Source of the DNA: Chiloscyllium plagiosum | Taxonomy: Eukaryota | Direction: 5' to 3' | DNA length: 30,455 nucleotides | NCBI RefSeq assembly: GCF_004010195.1 | Contig: NC_057749.1 | Location: forward strand, 6,074,862-6,105,316 | Part shown: positions 10,277 through 22,752 of the stretch, piece after piece | How positions within the stretch are numbered: the first letter of the stretch is position 1 | How the letters are laid out: every line of letters starts with the position of its first letter | The notes under the pieces: model-generated | What the model was told of the DNA's origin: nothing | Databases searched by the model: none | The model's input: the letters and a program-made list of their open reading frames with translations, nothing else | Position numbers and translations under genes: made by a program

Positions 10277-10669
10277 CTTTATCCTGCATGGATGGCACCT
10301 GCTATGCCAGTTTTTAGATGCTGTCTCATGTAAAATTCATGAAGGGATGATATGTGCATTGTCAGCTGTATTACCTTCGACATCCAGTGCCCGATGTCCA
10401 TTCCTTTTGTGATGTAACGCTTGAATGGAGGTGAAGGCTTCAGCTTTTCCTACAGTATCCGTACAGCATGTCAAATTGACCACGTGTATTGACTGAATGG
10501 GGTCGACATATTGAAACATTGCAGGTTACCTCTTGAACTTTGTTGATGTGTTTCTGTGCTGTGGACTGAACATTGGAAATTTTTAACATTGTTCCTTGGT
10601 CAGCCCTTCATCACATGCTGCGGGGAGCTTGTGTGATGCGTTTGGATTTCTCTGGGCAGTTGGGCTGGC

Positions 10670-11260
10670 TACTCATTTGACCCTGATGTCCTCTTGCAGG
10701 TCAGAGCTTGTATATATCCTGAAATGTTAGATAGTCCCCTTGGTGGGTGAGACAAACCATACCACATACAAGATTTGGATGTTCCACTGAACCTACTAAT
10801 TGCATTAATTACTCCAGTGTCAAGTTCTTGCAGATGCTACTTGCCTGCTACAATTGTTTTGAACGACCACCCTTAAATATATTGCAACACACTCCAATCA
10901 TGGGGTCTTCCTTTGTTTTTGACCCCAGCAGTGCATTTCAAAAAGATCTGTTTGGGACAATCAGGTGTATGAGCTGCGCAAGCCTTTCTGCTAATTTGGC
11001 TTCAGTGAAATCACACTCGCATCAATACCAGCCCGTAAATTAATTAATTGTTTCACCTCGCTGTTGGCATTATGACACGTACTGAAGCCCATGTGTCCTG
11101 AAATTGCCTCAAACATTAAGTTGATCTCAACTTTCTGAAAAAAAAAATCATGATGATCTTTGCAGTCGTTGTCAGAAATGCTGGAGAATTTTATTGTTCT
11201 TAATTCTTCAAAGCAGGAAATTTCACTGCCTGCCTCCTTTGTCAATTTTCTGTTCATGCG
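10670..11260 (-). pseudogene. Ty3/Gypsy gag remnant
   Basis: CECDFTEAKLAERLAQLI..F*NALL and decayed zinc-knuckle spacing CMWYGLSHPPR / YLTFQDIYKL*PARGHQGQMS. Position immediately upstream of the protease. Confidence 0.55.
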
Positions 11261-11839
11261 TGGAGTGGTGCTTTCTTAACATTACTGAATTTTTGATGGA
11301 ACATCATAAAAGTGGCAATCCTTGATTAAATATTGCCTTCTTGTTTTGCAGGTGTTGTCTTTGTTTTAGAAGTTTATTTACTTTTTTTTACTGGTTTGCT
11401 TCTCTTTGCTTTCACTCTTTCTTTTTATTCCCTCCAATTTCTTTTTAGCTTTCTCTTTTTACTTCTATTGATGCTGACACTGACTGAGATTAAAGAAAAG
11501 GTTCCTTTCCCCAGATTGGCTTAGTTTTAATGGACACAAGACACCCTCGTAATAGGTCACATTATTCCAGTCAGCTCACATAAAACAGAACAATACTGCA
11601 GACTTTGCACTGAGCAACATGAGAAATAGAATTAGGATGAGGATTAGAATTAGAGTTTTTTTTTGTGACGTGCTCTGAAAAGTTTCCAACTCGCTACTTA
11701 TGATGCCAGTTTAAGTACCAAGGTACCTAGGTACAGATTCTTAAGTACAAGTTCTGTTGGAAAAACAAATTAGAAAAATAAAGAAATAAAAAGTCCAGCA
11801 ATAAATGAGGGAAAATAAGAGTTCAGAATAACAGTCAAA

Positions 11840-12381
11840 GTCATAGAGATGTACAGCATGGAAACAAACACTTCAGTCCAACTCGTCCATGCCGACCAGA
11901 TATCCCAACCCATTTGCCAGCATCCGGCCCATATCCCTCCAAACCTTTCCTATTCATATACCCATCCAGATGCCTTTTAAATGTTGCAATTGTACCAGCC
12001 TCCACCACTTCCTCTGGCAGCTCATTCCATACACATACCACCCTCTGAGTGAAAAAGTTGCCTCTTAGGGCTCTTTTATATCTTTCCCCTCTCACTCTAA
12101 ATCTATGTCTGGACTCCCTCACCCCAGGGAAAATACCTTGTCTATTTATCCTATCCATGCTCTTCATGATTTTATAAGACTCCATCAGGTCACCCCTCAG
12201 CCTCCAACGCTCCAGGGAAAACAGCCTAACCTATTCAACCTCTCCCTATAGCTCAAATCTTCCAATCCTGGCAACCTCCTTGTAAATCTTTTCTGAACTC
12301 TTTCAAGTTTCATGATATCTTTCCGATAGGAAGCAGACCAGAATTGCATACAATATTCCAACAGTGGCCTAACCAATGTCC
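11840..12381 (-). mobile_element. CR1 LINE 3' end (ORF2 C-terminus and 3' UTR)
   Basis: RTLVRPLLEYCMQFWS..KLERVQKRFTR..RGNFFTQRVVCVWNELP. Homologous to 15380-15935. Confidence 0.92.
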
Positions 12382-12399
12382 TTCTAAATAGGAGCTGGA

Positions 12400-13160
12400 A
12401 GAAGCTGTATATTCCTTGAACCAGCTCCACAGTTCAATGGTTGATCTGATATTGATCTCAATTCCACTCTTCTTGCTTGTTGTGCATAACCCTTGACTTC
12501 CAAAAGTTTAACAAATGGCCAAACTCAACTTTGAATATATTTGATGGTTCTGCCTTCAAAGTCCCCTCGGGTCAGAGAATTCCAAAGAGTAATAACTCTG
12601 TGAAACTTGATTCCTCCTCAATTGCAGCTTAAATGCCAATGAGGTTATTGTGAAGTTATGATCCTGGTTCCTGATTCATTTTTTCACCACATAGAGTGCC
12701 AAACCACTTCCGAATCTTAGCCGACAGAGAAACAGAGTTGATGTTTTGAGTTCAGTATGACTCTTCTTCCGAATCTCGAACAATCCTGAGAACATACTTC
12801 TTTTAAGACCTTAAGACCATAAGACATAGGAGTTGAAGTAAGGCCATTCAGCCCAGTGAGTCCACTCCACCATTCAGTCATGGCTGATGGGCATTTCAAC
12901 ACCACTTACCCGCACTCTCCCTGTATCCCTTAATTCTTGTTTGTTTCTCCACAGATGCTACTGCACCTTTTGTGCCTGCATCAGATTTCCAGTATCTGCA
13001 GTGTTCTGTTTTTATTCCTCAGAATCATATATGTTCAATAAGATTCCCTCTCACTTTTCTAAAATCCAATGAATACAAGCACAACCTGCTCAACCTCTTG
13101 TCATAAAGGCATTCCTTCAACTCAAGAATTAATCGGGTGGACCTCCTCTGGACTGTCTCA
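12400..13160 (-). mobile_element. Older CR1-type 3' fragment with nested inserts
   Basis: Same family as 4230-4760. Nested CR1 tail at 12805-12938 with an (aagacc/t) microsatellite end. Confidence 0.55.
12722..13018. mobile_element. Penelope-derived short element in inverted configuration (minus arm 12722-12772, plus arm about 12940-13018)
   Basis: Minus arm reads cggaagaagagtcatactgaactcaaaacatcaactctgtttctc (decayed hammerhead). Plus arm reads tttctccacagatgct..tcagatttccagtatctgcag. Confidence 0.55.
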
Positions 13161-14134
13161 TAGGAAAAAGGAACAGGAGTAGGCCATTCAGCCCATTGAA
13201 CTGTCTCCTGTATTCCATAACATGATGGTTAATCTTCGACATCAGTGCAATTTTTCCACACTATTTCCATATCCCTTGATATCTCCAAATCTTCTGAAAC
13301 GGGGAGAACAAAATCTGAAATAAAATAAAAGTTAATGGGAAAAGCATTGTGTGGAGAGAGCAAGAAATAGAATTTGTGGTTTAGGTTTGTAACTTTTACA
13401 TCAGACCTTAAATCTTCACATATCTATATTGCCTTGCATTTGATTTCAAAGATTAATCTTTTAAGATGATAAGCCAGGTTAATGAACATTCCTGTTATTC
13501 ACTCTGGCAATTTCTATAAAACCAGATCATAGAAGAGACATCACACTTAATTTTGATGGAATTATAAATTGTTCTTCCTGCTGACAGTAAGCCGATGAAT
13601 TCAGCAGGCAACCTCTGCCCAACATTAGCACTCTTACTTCTGGTGATTTTCATAATTCTTTAATAAACTGCGGCTGTCTCTGGAGAAATTTACATAATCC
13701 TGAGAGTTTGCGGACCTAATTAACTCCCAGCCAGCTGCCTCTGGTGTAAGCCTTTATTTACAACATTGCTTATTGACTGACAGAGCAGGTGGACACATGT
13801 TCAACATCTGTCAGGACCACCGCCAAAGGATTGAGCGGAGAGTGGACTCAAATTGCTACTTAGTCTCAGTATAATGAGGAATGATTAAAATTGAACAAGT
13901 ATGAAAAAATAATCATATGCGGCGGAGATAACACAGCAAATTGTTGCGAATCTCTTCCTAATGGCGCTGTAGGAGTAGCTGCATTAGAAGGACTTAAGCA
14001 GTTCATCATGACCATTTCAAAGACAAGTTGAGATAGAAAAACCCCAGCCATTGATACCTACATCCCATGAAGGAATTTTAAAAAATCTTTAGGATGGTTT
14101 AGGGAGCAGCTCCATAATTCCCTCCTAAATCTTA

Positions 14135-14292
14135 ACATTCACCTGTACCTGTATTTTTGTTTTTGCTGCTATTTATCTATTATTTACTATCTATGCTACT
14201 TAACTTTGTGATCTGCCTGTACTGCTCGCAAAACAAAGCTTTTCACTGTGCCTCGGTACACTGACAGTAAATTCAATTCAATTCAATTCAAT
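14135..14292 (+). mobile_element. Rex1/Babar-like 3' UTR
   Basis: Near-identical to 1042-1200, with (attca)n tail. Confidence 0.85.
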
Positions 14293-14500
14293 AAATCTTA
14301 TTTTTAAAGCCTTGACCATCACGTGTGGGAATTAACTTTAAAGTTCTAAGACTTCTACGTATGAAAATGAATCCATCAACTTCCCCATCGATGCATCACC
14401 AATCTCTCAAATAGTCAAATCAAGTGTAACATTGTCAGTAGTCTAAGCTCACTAAAAATTGTGAAACATAAAATAACAAAAGCTACAGCATCGATGACTG

Positions 14501-15947
14501 TTGGTTAAGGTGGTGCTACTGTTTAAAAAGGGTGGTAAGGACAAGCCAGGGAACTATAGATCAATGTGCCTGACATCGGTGGTAGGCAAGTTGTTGGAGG
14601 GAATTCTGAGGGACAGGATATACATGCATTTGGAAAGGCAAGGACTGATTAGGGATAGTCAACATGGCTTTGTGCGTGGGAAATCATGTCTCACAAACTT
14701 GAATGAGTTTTTTGAAGAAGTAACAAGGAGGATTGATTAGGGCAGAGCGGTGGACGCGATCTATATGGACTTCAGTAAGGCATTCGACAAGGTTCCCCCT
14801 GGGAGACTGATTAGCAAGGTTAGATCTCATGGAATACAGGGAGAACTAGCCATTTGGATACAGAACTGGCTCAAAGGTAGAAGACAGAAGGTGGTGGTGG
14901 TGCAGGGTTGTTTTTCAGATGGGAGGCCTGTGACCAGTGGAGTACCACAAGGATCGGTGCTGGGTCCACTACTTTTCATCATTTATATAAATGATTTGGA
15001 TGTAAACATAAGACATATAGTTGGTAAGTTTGCAGGTGAAAACAAAATTGGAGGTGTAGTGGACAGCGAAGGAGGTTACCTCAGACTACAATGGAATCTT
15101 GACCAGATGGGCCAATGGTTTGAGGAGCAACAGATGGAGTTTAATTTAGATAAATGTGAGGTGCTGCATTTTGGGAAAGCAAATCTTAGCAGGACTTATA
15201 CACTTTATGGTGTGGTTCTGTGGAGTATTGCTGAACAAAGAGACCTTGGAGTGCACATTCATAGCTCCTTGAAAGTGTAGTCACAGGTAGATAGGATAGT
15301 GAAGAAGGCGATTGGTATGCTTTCCTTTATTGGTCAGACTATTGAGTACAGGAGTTGGGAGGTCATGTTGTGGCTGTACAGGACATTGGCTAGGCCACTT
15401 TTGGAATATTGCGTGCAAATCTGGTCTTCTTCCTATTGGAAGGATGTTGTGAAACTTGAAAGGGTTCAGAAAAGATTTACAAGGATGTTGCCAGGGTTGG
15501 AGGATTTGAGCTTTGGGAAAGATTAATAGACTGGGACTGTTTTCCCTGGAGCGCTGGGGGCTGAGTGGTGACCTTATAGAGGTTTATAAAATCATGAGGG
15601 GCATGGATAGGATAAATGGACAATGTCTTTTCTCTGGGGTCGGGGAGTCCAGAACTAGAGGGCATAGGTTTATGGTGAGAGGGGAAAGATATAAGGGAGA
15701 CCTAAGGGACAACCTTTTTCATGCAGAGGGTGGTACGTGTATGGAATGAGCTGCCAGAGGAAATGATGTAGGCTAGTACAATTGCAACATTTAAAAGGCA
15801 TCTGATAAATAGGAAGGGTTTGGAGAGATATTTGCCGGGTGCTAGCAGGTGGGACTAGATTGGGTTGGGACATCTGGTCGGCATGGATGAGTTGGACCGA
15901 AGGGTGTGTTTCCATGCTGTACATCTCTATGACTCCATGACTCTATG
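14501..15947 (+). mobile_element. 5'-truncated CR1 LINE: disrupted reverse transcriptase and 3' UTR
   Basis: GNYRSMCLTSVVGKLLE, QHGF..GKSCLTNL, DFSKAFDKV, GVPQGSVLGPLLF; catalytic FADD decayed to FAGE; in-frame stops at 14740 and 15280; (ctatgact)n tail. Confidence 0.95.
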
Positions 15948-16479
15948 AACAGTAATGAAGACATTCTAACTTCTAACAGAGATGATAATAATGATGATGC
16001 CGCTGTGTTCTGTGGGAGGATAAAACTAGCAAGTGGTCTGATGGGAAGAAAGCTGTTGCCTCCACCATTACTATCCATTGCCCCAAATGACAATAAGCAT
16101 GTAAAGTATGTTGCCATAGCAATTCAGAGCCCCTAGTGAAATGTAGCTCACGTAGCATTACATTATCAAATTTGTCTGTGTCCTCCTGAGATCTGTAGCA
16201 ACCCGCTCACCATTTGACAGATTTCCAAGCTTTGTGTCGTATGCGAACTTTGAAACTGTTTCCTTTCTACATGCATCTGAATCTTTCAGAAATCAAACCA
16301 AGGCAATGGAGCTAATCCTAACTCCAGCGAGTACCATTGTTACTTGCCCCCCCCCCCCCACGGCCCAGTCTGAAAAACAAATGGACAACAGCACGTTCTG
16401 CTTTCTGCCTTTTAATCTATTTCATATCCATACTTGCTCTCTTGCATTAAGCCCATCAATTTTAGTTTTGTTAACAATT

Positions 16480-16850
16480 GGGGAGGTGATAGCTCAGTGG
16501 TATTATTGCTGGACTTTTAATATACAAACCCTGACTGGTTCTGGGATGCAGGAGTTAAATCTTGCCATGTCAGGGGGTGGAATTTGAATTCAATAAAAAT
16601 CTGGAACTAAGAGTTTAATGGTGACCAGGAATCAATTGTTGGAACACCCGTCTCGTTCACTGGTGTCCTTTAGGGAAGGAGCACTGCCATCCTTACCTGG
16701 TGTGACTCCATGTCACTTCTCACCTACTTGTAAGTCCAGACCCACAACAATGTGCTTGACTCTTAACTACCCACTGGACAATTAGGAATGGGCAATAAAT
16801 GCTGTCCTAGCGAGTAATGTCCCTGTCCTGTGAATGAATGAAGAAAAACA
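16480..16850 (+). mobile_element. Near full-length tRNA-derived shark SINE
   Basis: ggaggtgatagctcagtggta..gagttaaatc..tttagggaagga..caattaggaatgggcaataaatgctg..atgaatgaagaaaaa. Confidence 0.75.
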
Positions 16851-17404
16851 ATTCTCTGGCAGTTTATCACCTTGAGCTGATAGCAATGGATTAAGAGCTG
16901 ATGTTAGGATTTTTTTTTAACGGAGTTAAGTGCTTTTAGGTAGAGTAGTGAAGACGTAAACCTGGCAGTTGTTTCAGGAGGAATTAAATATTGTACTAGG
17001 CCATTGCAGGAACTGTATAGACATGAATTAAGATGGGCTGAATGGCGTACCTTTTCTGTCGACCTTTGCAAAATCTTGAAGCAGGAAGGAATACTTTGCC
17101 CTGAAAAAGTGTTTAAATCTTAAATTACAAACTGGTGCTGAGGTCTGAATATGTTCCTGTATGAGACATGCCATGGTAATAATCTTGTTGCAATATTTAC
17201 TACTCTACCATCCTTTGGAGGTAATTGAATTATCTGTAAAAACTCTAGACTCCTCAGCTACTGTAATGTTGGAGGACCAAACTCTTCCTTTGGAAGGTAT
17301 AATCCAGCATATATATTCGTTCTGAAACCTTATTTGATCAATCTGTTGAGGGAGAGGGAACAATCTTGCCCACATTTCACTTCAACTAACTGTTAAACCC
17401 AAAT

Positions 17405-17728
17405 GGAATCCCTTCAGTGTGGACACAGGCCATTCAGCCCACCAAGCTTACACCAATTCTCCAAAGAACATTCCTCCCAGACACACACTCCTGTCCTATC
17501 CCTGGAACCCTGCATTTCACTTGGCTAATCCACCTGGCCTGCACACCCCTGGACACTGGCAATTGAGCATGGCCAATCCGCCTGACCTGCACATCTTTGG
17601 ACTGTGGAAGAAACCTGGAGCACCCGGAGGAAACCCACACAGACATGAGGAGAATGTGCAAACTCCACACGGACAGTCACCTGAGGGTAGAACTGAACCC
17701 AGGTCCCTGGCACTGTGAGGCAGCACCC
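17405..17728 (-). mobile_element. HE1-type V-SINE
   Basis: ggagcacccggaggaaacccacacagaca..gtgcaaactccacac..ctgtgaggcagca. Confidence 0.88.
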
Positions 17729-17982
17729 ACCATACCGTAACCTGAAGACTGACCTTTGGATGAACTTGACAGATGAGGACCTTTAATGATGTTAGTGAAG
17801 ATTAAGATCCTTTATTAACTATTAACACTAGGACATTTTCAGAACCGTTTACACTTACATTCCAATTCCATGTGATCAGACATCACTAATAATATACTCC
17901 AGATATTAGCATGTAGCTAATAACCCCCTTGTATTGCACCAACATTTGAAGCACTGTCTACCGTCACAAGCTTGGTGAGGCC

Positions 17983-18608
17983 TGTTATAGATTGGGCCAG
18001 ACCACTCAAAACATTCTTAAGCAGGCAGCCCAGACCATAACTATGCAATTTGTTTCGATAAGTGTACAGTGAAAAATTACCTGGAGTAAGTTAGCGAGGT
18101 TAACGACCAGGTTTTAAAACAGTCAAAAATTTATTCACAAAATTACACAATGAAACGCAAAAAACAGGATAAAAAACCCCTACAGAACTCAATCTATCCA
18201 AACTAGACTTAATTATGCTGTTCCGAATATATACAACAGTCCCAATAAGCAAACTCCCTTAAAAACCAGTACAAATGGAACACATGCTTACAGGTGGAAG
18301 TTGGAAGGGCAGAAAAAAAAATTGTTTCCACACAGCTTACTGTTGAACTCCCAACCAGTTCTGGACTAAACTGAACTGCTGACCACTCCCCTTTCATTCT
18401 ACAGGTAACTTCTAAAACATGACCACTTTGGCCTGAAGTCTTATCTATTTACATATAAACAAAAGGCCTCTCAATACCCTTTAATCTCTGTACCAAACCA
18501 GTCTGATTGTAACCCAGCCTGGTTTATTACCCCTCTGAAAAAAATCAAGGACAGAGTATCCTGAGCCAAGGAACAGGTTTTAGGAAAAAAAGGACTAGCT
18601 TTGTGATA
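17983..18608 (-). mobile_element. Solo LTR (626 bp)
   Basis: Termini TGTTATA...TGTGATA. 4-bp TSD ggcc at 17979-17982 and 18609-18612. AATAAA on the minus strand at 18130-18135. Confidence 0.75.
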
Positions 18609-18699
18609 GGCCGAGGGAGAATTAAACTGGAATTGATATACCTTTGTTCGGCAAGCATATAGAGATTACAAAACCAGGGCAAGTATACATGGATAAGGT

Positions 18700-19050
18700 A
18701 CATAGAGTCATAAAGATGTACAGCATGGAAACATGCTTCGGTCCATGCTGACCAGATATCCTAACCTGATTTAGTCCCATTTACCAGCACTTGGCCCATC
18801 TCCCTCTAAACCCTTCCTATTCATATACCCACCCAGATGCCTTTTAAATGCTGTAATTGTACCAGCCTGCATCACTGCCTCTGGCACCTCATTCCACACA
18901 TGCACCACCCTGTGTGAAAACGTTGCCCCTTAGGTCCATTTTATATTTTTCCCCTCGCACTCTAAACCTATGCACTCTAGTTTTGGACTTCCCCACCCCG
19001 GGAAAAGACCTTGTCTATTTATCCTATCCATGCCCCTCATGATTTATAAA
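18700..19050 (-). mobile_element. CR1 LINE 3' end
   Basis: Homologous to 11840-12180. Confidence 0.9.
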
Positions 19051-19213
19051 CAGGATCCTTTCAATGTTAATCAAGCCATCCCTCAATCTTCCAAACTCTA
19101 GTGGAAACAAGCCCAACCTGTCAGGTTCACCTAACCCACCATAAGACAATACACTCATTTCAAGTAACAATCTAGTGAAACTCCTCTGAAATGTCTCCAA
19201 TGCATCTTTATCC

Positions 19214-19490
19214 TGTGATGATACTATGGCTTTAGGAGATGCATTTTGTCCTTTTTTCAAAATGAAGTAAGGTTGAGATAGAGGTACCGAGCAGTCTGCT
19301 CCATGCCAGTAAAGTAAATAGCTCGTGTGAGTCCTTGGGGGTTCTTTTTGGTGTTGGAAAAATAAAAGCAGCATGAATAGGTGAGGACAGGCTTACACAG
19401 AACCAAGATTTTAGTTTAGCTTTCAGAACCTGTTGGGGTTTTTTGAAGTTGGCTATAGAAGCTCCTTCTCGTAGACTTTTCTCTCAGATC
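19214..19490 (+). mobile_element. Possible truncated LTR fragment
   Basis: Begins TGTGATG where an older LINE fragment breaks off. No matching end or TSD found. Confidence 0.3.
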
Positions 19491-19629
19491 TATTAAAATC
19501 TATTTGATTGATTGGATAGATCTCAGGGACAGTATGGTCCCATCTATTCCCATGTCCTTTATCTCAGTCCAATCTGAGAGCAGCCTATGGTCCAGCAGAA
19601 CTATGCCACTTTATCTTAGTTTTCTGTTC

Positions 19630-19790
19630 CTCCGATCACCAGAACTGATCAACTGATTGGTATGTCGTTACTGCACATGGGACCTACTGTTGCATTTCCT
19701 TCATTACAGTAGGGATACACTTTGAAGGTAAATATATCTCCTGTAAAGTATGTTGGGTTGTCAAGGGCAACATAGAAACGTGACAACTTT
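19630..19790 (+). mobile_element. DeuSINE/SacSINE-type 3' fragment
   Basis: ctgttgcatttccttcattaca..acactttgaa..ctgtaaagtatgttggg is the reverse-complement homolog of 3385-3690. Confidence 0.5.
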
Positions 19791-20675
19791 CTTGATTGTC
19801 CTATCCATCTCACTCATTAACTCACAATTCCCTGCCATCTTGGCCCTTGTTTACTAATAGTGAGCTGCGAACTGGAACTGAAAGTGTTAAAGGCGACTAG
19901 CTTATACCAGAAAAACCAATAAATTTTGCTGGCCACAGCTCAATACTGAAGTGAGGGAAATGACTAAATCAGACATTTCTGCCTGCTGATTGTAGTCGGC
20001 ACTGAAAATTGGCAGGCGTGAGCTACTGATCTGCAGGGAACACCTAGCATAACGCAGAGTGAAATTAAATGGGCACAATTTCATCTTCTGCAAAGCTCTG
20101 ATTAATCACTGTTAGTTTGTGGACATCTAGTGTTAGATTGCATTCACAATGTAATGCCACATCTCTGGTGTCTATGTGTGCATTTTTCCAGAAGTATGTT
20201 TTCATCCCTCCTTTGATTCATCATTGAAAGATTGTGGTGCTAGATGCTGCAAGTCATTAACTTTGAATCATGAGAATCCAAATGGTTGAGTTGGTTGAGC
20301 CAGCGAGACGTAGGAGATCTCAGGTTTTACCCTTTGTCAGGAGATGACTTCTGGTAGAATGGTGGTACAAGTGCTACAATGATTTTCAATATTCTTGAGC
20401 TATTGGCAAGTTTCACATTCCTGATTATTTGACTCTCATATGTCATGAAACATCAAATGTAGCCATCTCATCTCACAGATTACACACTATCTCAACACAT
20501 CTTAATAAATTATGATTTTATTAAATAGCGGGACAGGCTTGAAGGGCCACATGATCTACTCCTCCTCCATGGTCATTTGCTCTTATGTGTATTCTCAGCA
20601 AGGTTATATGCATAGAAGCAAGACATGTTCACTCCTCTACTAAAATCCTCTTGTGACGAAGATCAACATGTCTTT

Positions 20676-21197
20676 GGAGTCACAGCATGGAGACAGGCCT
20701 TTTGGTCCAACTCATCCATTCTGACCAGACATCCTAAACTGATCTAATCCCATTTGCCAGCATTTGAACTATATCCTCGAAATCCTTTCTATTCATGTAC
20801 CCATCCATTTGCATTTTAAATGTTGTAACTGTACCAGCCTCCACCATTCCCTCTGGCAGCTCATTCCATACATGCACAACTATCTGCATGAAACAGTTGC
20901 TCATTATGTTACTTTTAAATCTTTCTCCCTCACCTTAAACCTACGCTGTCTGGTTTTGAATTCCCCTACTCTATCCATGCCCCTCATGATTTTATAAACC
21001 TCTATAAGGTAACCCTCATTCTCCGATGCTCCATGGAATATAGCCCCAGTCTATTTGGCCTCTCCCTATAGCTCAAGCCCTCCAACCCCAGCAACATCCT
21101 TGTAAATCTTTTCTGATCTCTTTCAAGTTTCACAACATCCTTCCTATAGCAGGGAGACGAGAATTGAATACAGTATTCCAAAAGTGCCCTAATCAAT
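20676..21197 (-). mobile_element. CR1 LINE 3' end
   Basis: IRALLEYCIQFSSPCYRKDVVKLERDQKRFTRML; 3' UTR as at 11840. Confidence 0.9.
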
Positions 21198-21199
21198 TT

Positions 21200-21425
21200 G
21201 CTGCCCTGATTTCTTCCTGCAAGTGCATGTTCGCTTTCAATGAATTGTGAATAAAGATGTCCTTTGGACTTCCCAGTGTCTCACCAGTTCAGAAATACCT
21301 GCATTTCTGCTCTTCCTTCCAAAGTGAATAACCTCATGTGTATCCACTTTATATTCCATCTGCCATGTTCCTGCCCATTCGCTCAGCCTGTCGAAATCTC
21401 CTTTAAGTCTCTTTTCACCCATCTT
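21200..21425 (-). mobile_element. Older CR1 RT fragment
   Basis: LKGDFDRLSEWAGTWQMEYKVDTHEVIHFGRK. Confidence 0.75.
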
Positions 21426-21429
21426 TAAG

Positions 21430-21431
<2 letters not shown>

Positions 21432-21460
<29 letters not shown>

Positions 21461-21568
21461 NNNNNNNNNNNNNNNNNNNNNNNNNNNNNNNNNNNNNNNN
21501 NNNNNNNNNNNNNNACACACACACACACACACCCATAGCCACACACACACAGCCCCACACACACACAC
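21432..21568. repeat. (CA)n microsatellite with 54-N gap
   Basis: Directly visible. N at 21461-21514. Confidence 0.97.
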
Positions 21569-21859
21569 TGTCTGAGGGTCCATGCACAGTGATGAGTGTG
21601 CCGATGTCGTTTGCACTATTGACCTCCAGTTCTGGAAGCTGCTGCAATGCATGGACCTCAGAGATTCGCACAGAAAAGAACTAGCGGGAGTGCTGCTCTC
21701 TACTGCTAAAATCCACAGGCAATAAGTCAGGAGTGATTGCAGTATCTTCCGCTTGCCTGGATAAGTGAAGCACCAACAGAACTCATTAAACTTGACACCA
21801 TCCAGGAGAAAGCTGCTAGCTTGATTTGCACCCTATCTGCCACCTTAAACCTTCATCGC

Positions 21860-22752
21860 AACATCGGACTTAGGAGCAGGAATAAGCTATTTGGTCCCTT
21901 GAGCTTACTCTACTATTCACTGAGTTCATGTCTAATCTGATTGTGGTCTCAACTCCACTTCCCTGTCTGCCTTGCATAATATATGAGTTCCTTGTCAATC
22001 AAAAATCTATTTAACTCAGCCTTAAATAAATTCAATGCCACAGCATCAATTGCTTTCGAGTGAAGTTAATTCCATCGACTAATGACTCTCTAAGAGAAAA
22101 AAAAATCTCTTGATATCTGTCTGAAAAGGAAGATCTCTTATGTTTAATAAAACATCAGAAAGTTCCGGAGACACTCTTCAGATCTGGCAACATCTGTGGA
22201 GACAGAAACAGAATTAACCCTTTGACTTGAATAGGACTCTCCTTCAGAATCTCATACTTTAAAATGTGTCCTCTAGTTCTGGTTTCACCCGCAAGAGGAA
22301 ACATCTTCTGGGTATCCATATCAACTCACCTGAAATTCTTATATGGTACCATAAATTCACCTCTCATTCTGATATTCAAGCCTACAATTGATGTAACTTG
22401 AACCTGTTCAATATTTATTCATAAAATAAGCTCCTTTATTCCAGGAATGAGTTAAGTGAACTTTCTTCGAGTTGTTTTAAGTGAAGTTATACTTTTTATT
22501 AAAACTGCACACAACTCTGCAGATGTGGTCTCACTAATGACATGTACAGCTGCAGAAAACCTTTACTGTTTTTGTACCCTACTCCCTTTGCAATAAATGT
22601 CAGCATTCTATTTGCCTTCTAATCACTGGCTGCATCTGCATTCTATACTTTTTTTGTAATTCACACATCAAGATACCCAGATCCCTCTGCACCATTGTGT
22701 TCTGCAATCTCTCTCCATTTATTTTGAGCACTGCGTTTCTATTCATCCTGCC
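21860..22752 (-). mobile_element. Old CR1-type LINE 3' portion
   Basis: taggagcaggaataagctatt tail; aactgcacacaactctgcagatgtggtctcac (VRPHL..CVQF on the minus strand). Confidence 0.75.
22145..22250 (-). mobile_element. Penelope-derived short element with heavily decayed hammerhead
   Basis: Minus strand ttctgaaggagagtcctattcaagtcaaagggttaattctgtttctgtctccacagatgttgccaga, same family as 12722-13018. Confidence 0.55.

Larger units (their letters stand above)
9695..10450 (-). pseudogene. Ty3/Gypsy aspartic protease remnant, split by SINE/LINE insertions
   Basis: AFTSIQA..LDVEGNTADNAHIIP (decayed vkiDTGA..NiiP), then TYNGSDIPCVGITHLKCQF and ACTDPHIITV. Confidence 0.7.

Noticed and set aside
11333..11524. 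Hydrophobic 63-aa membrane peptide
   Set aside because: Low-complexity T-rich strand of the presumed Gypsy leader. The same compositional argument applies to 25064-25351.
14501..15947. Active or domesticated reverse transcriptase
   Set aside because: In-frame stops, frameshifts and loss of the catalytic aspartates.
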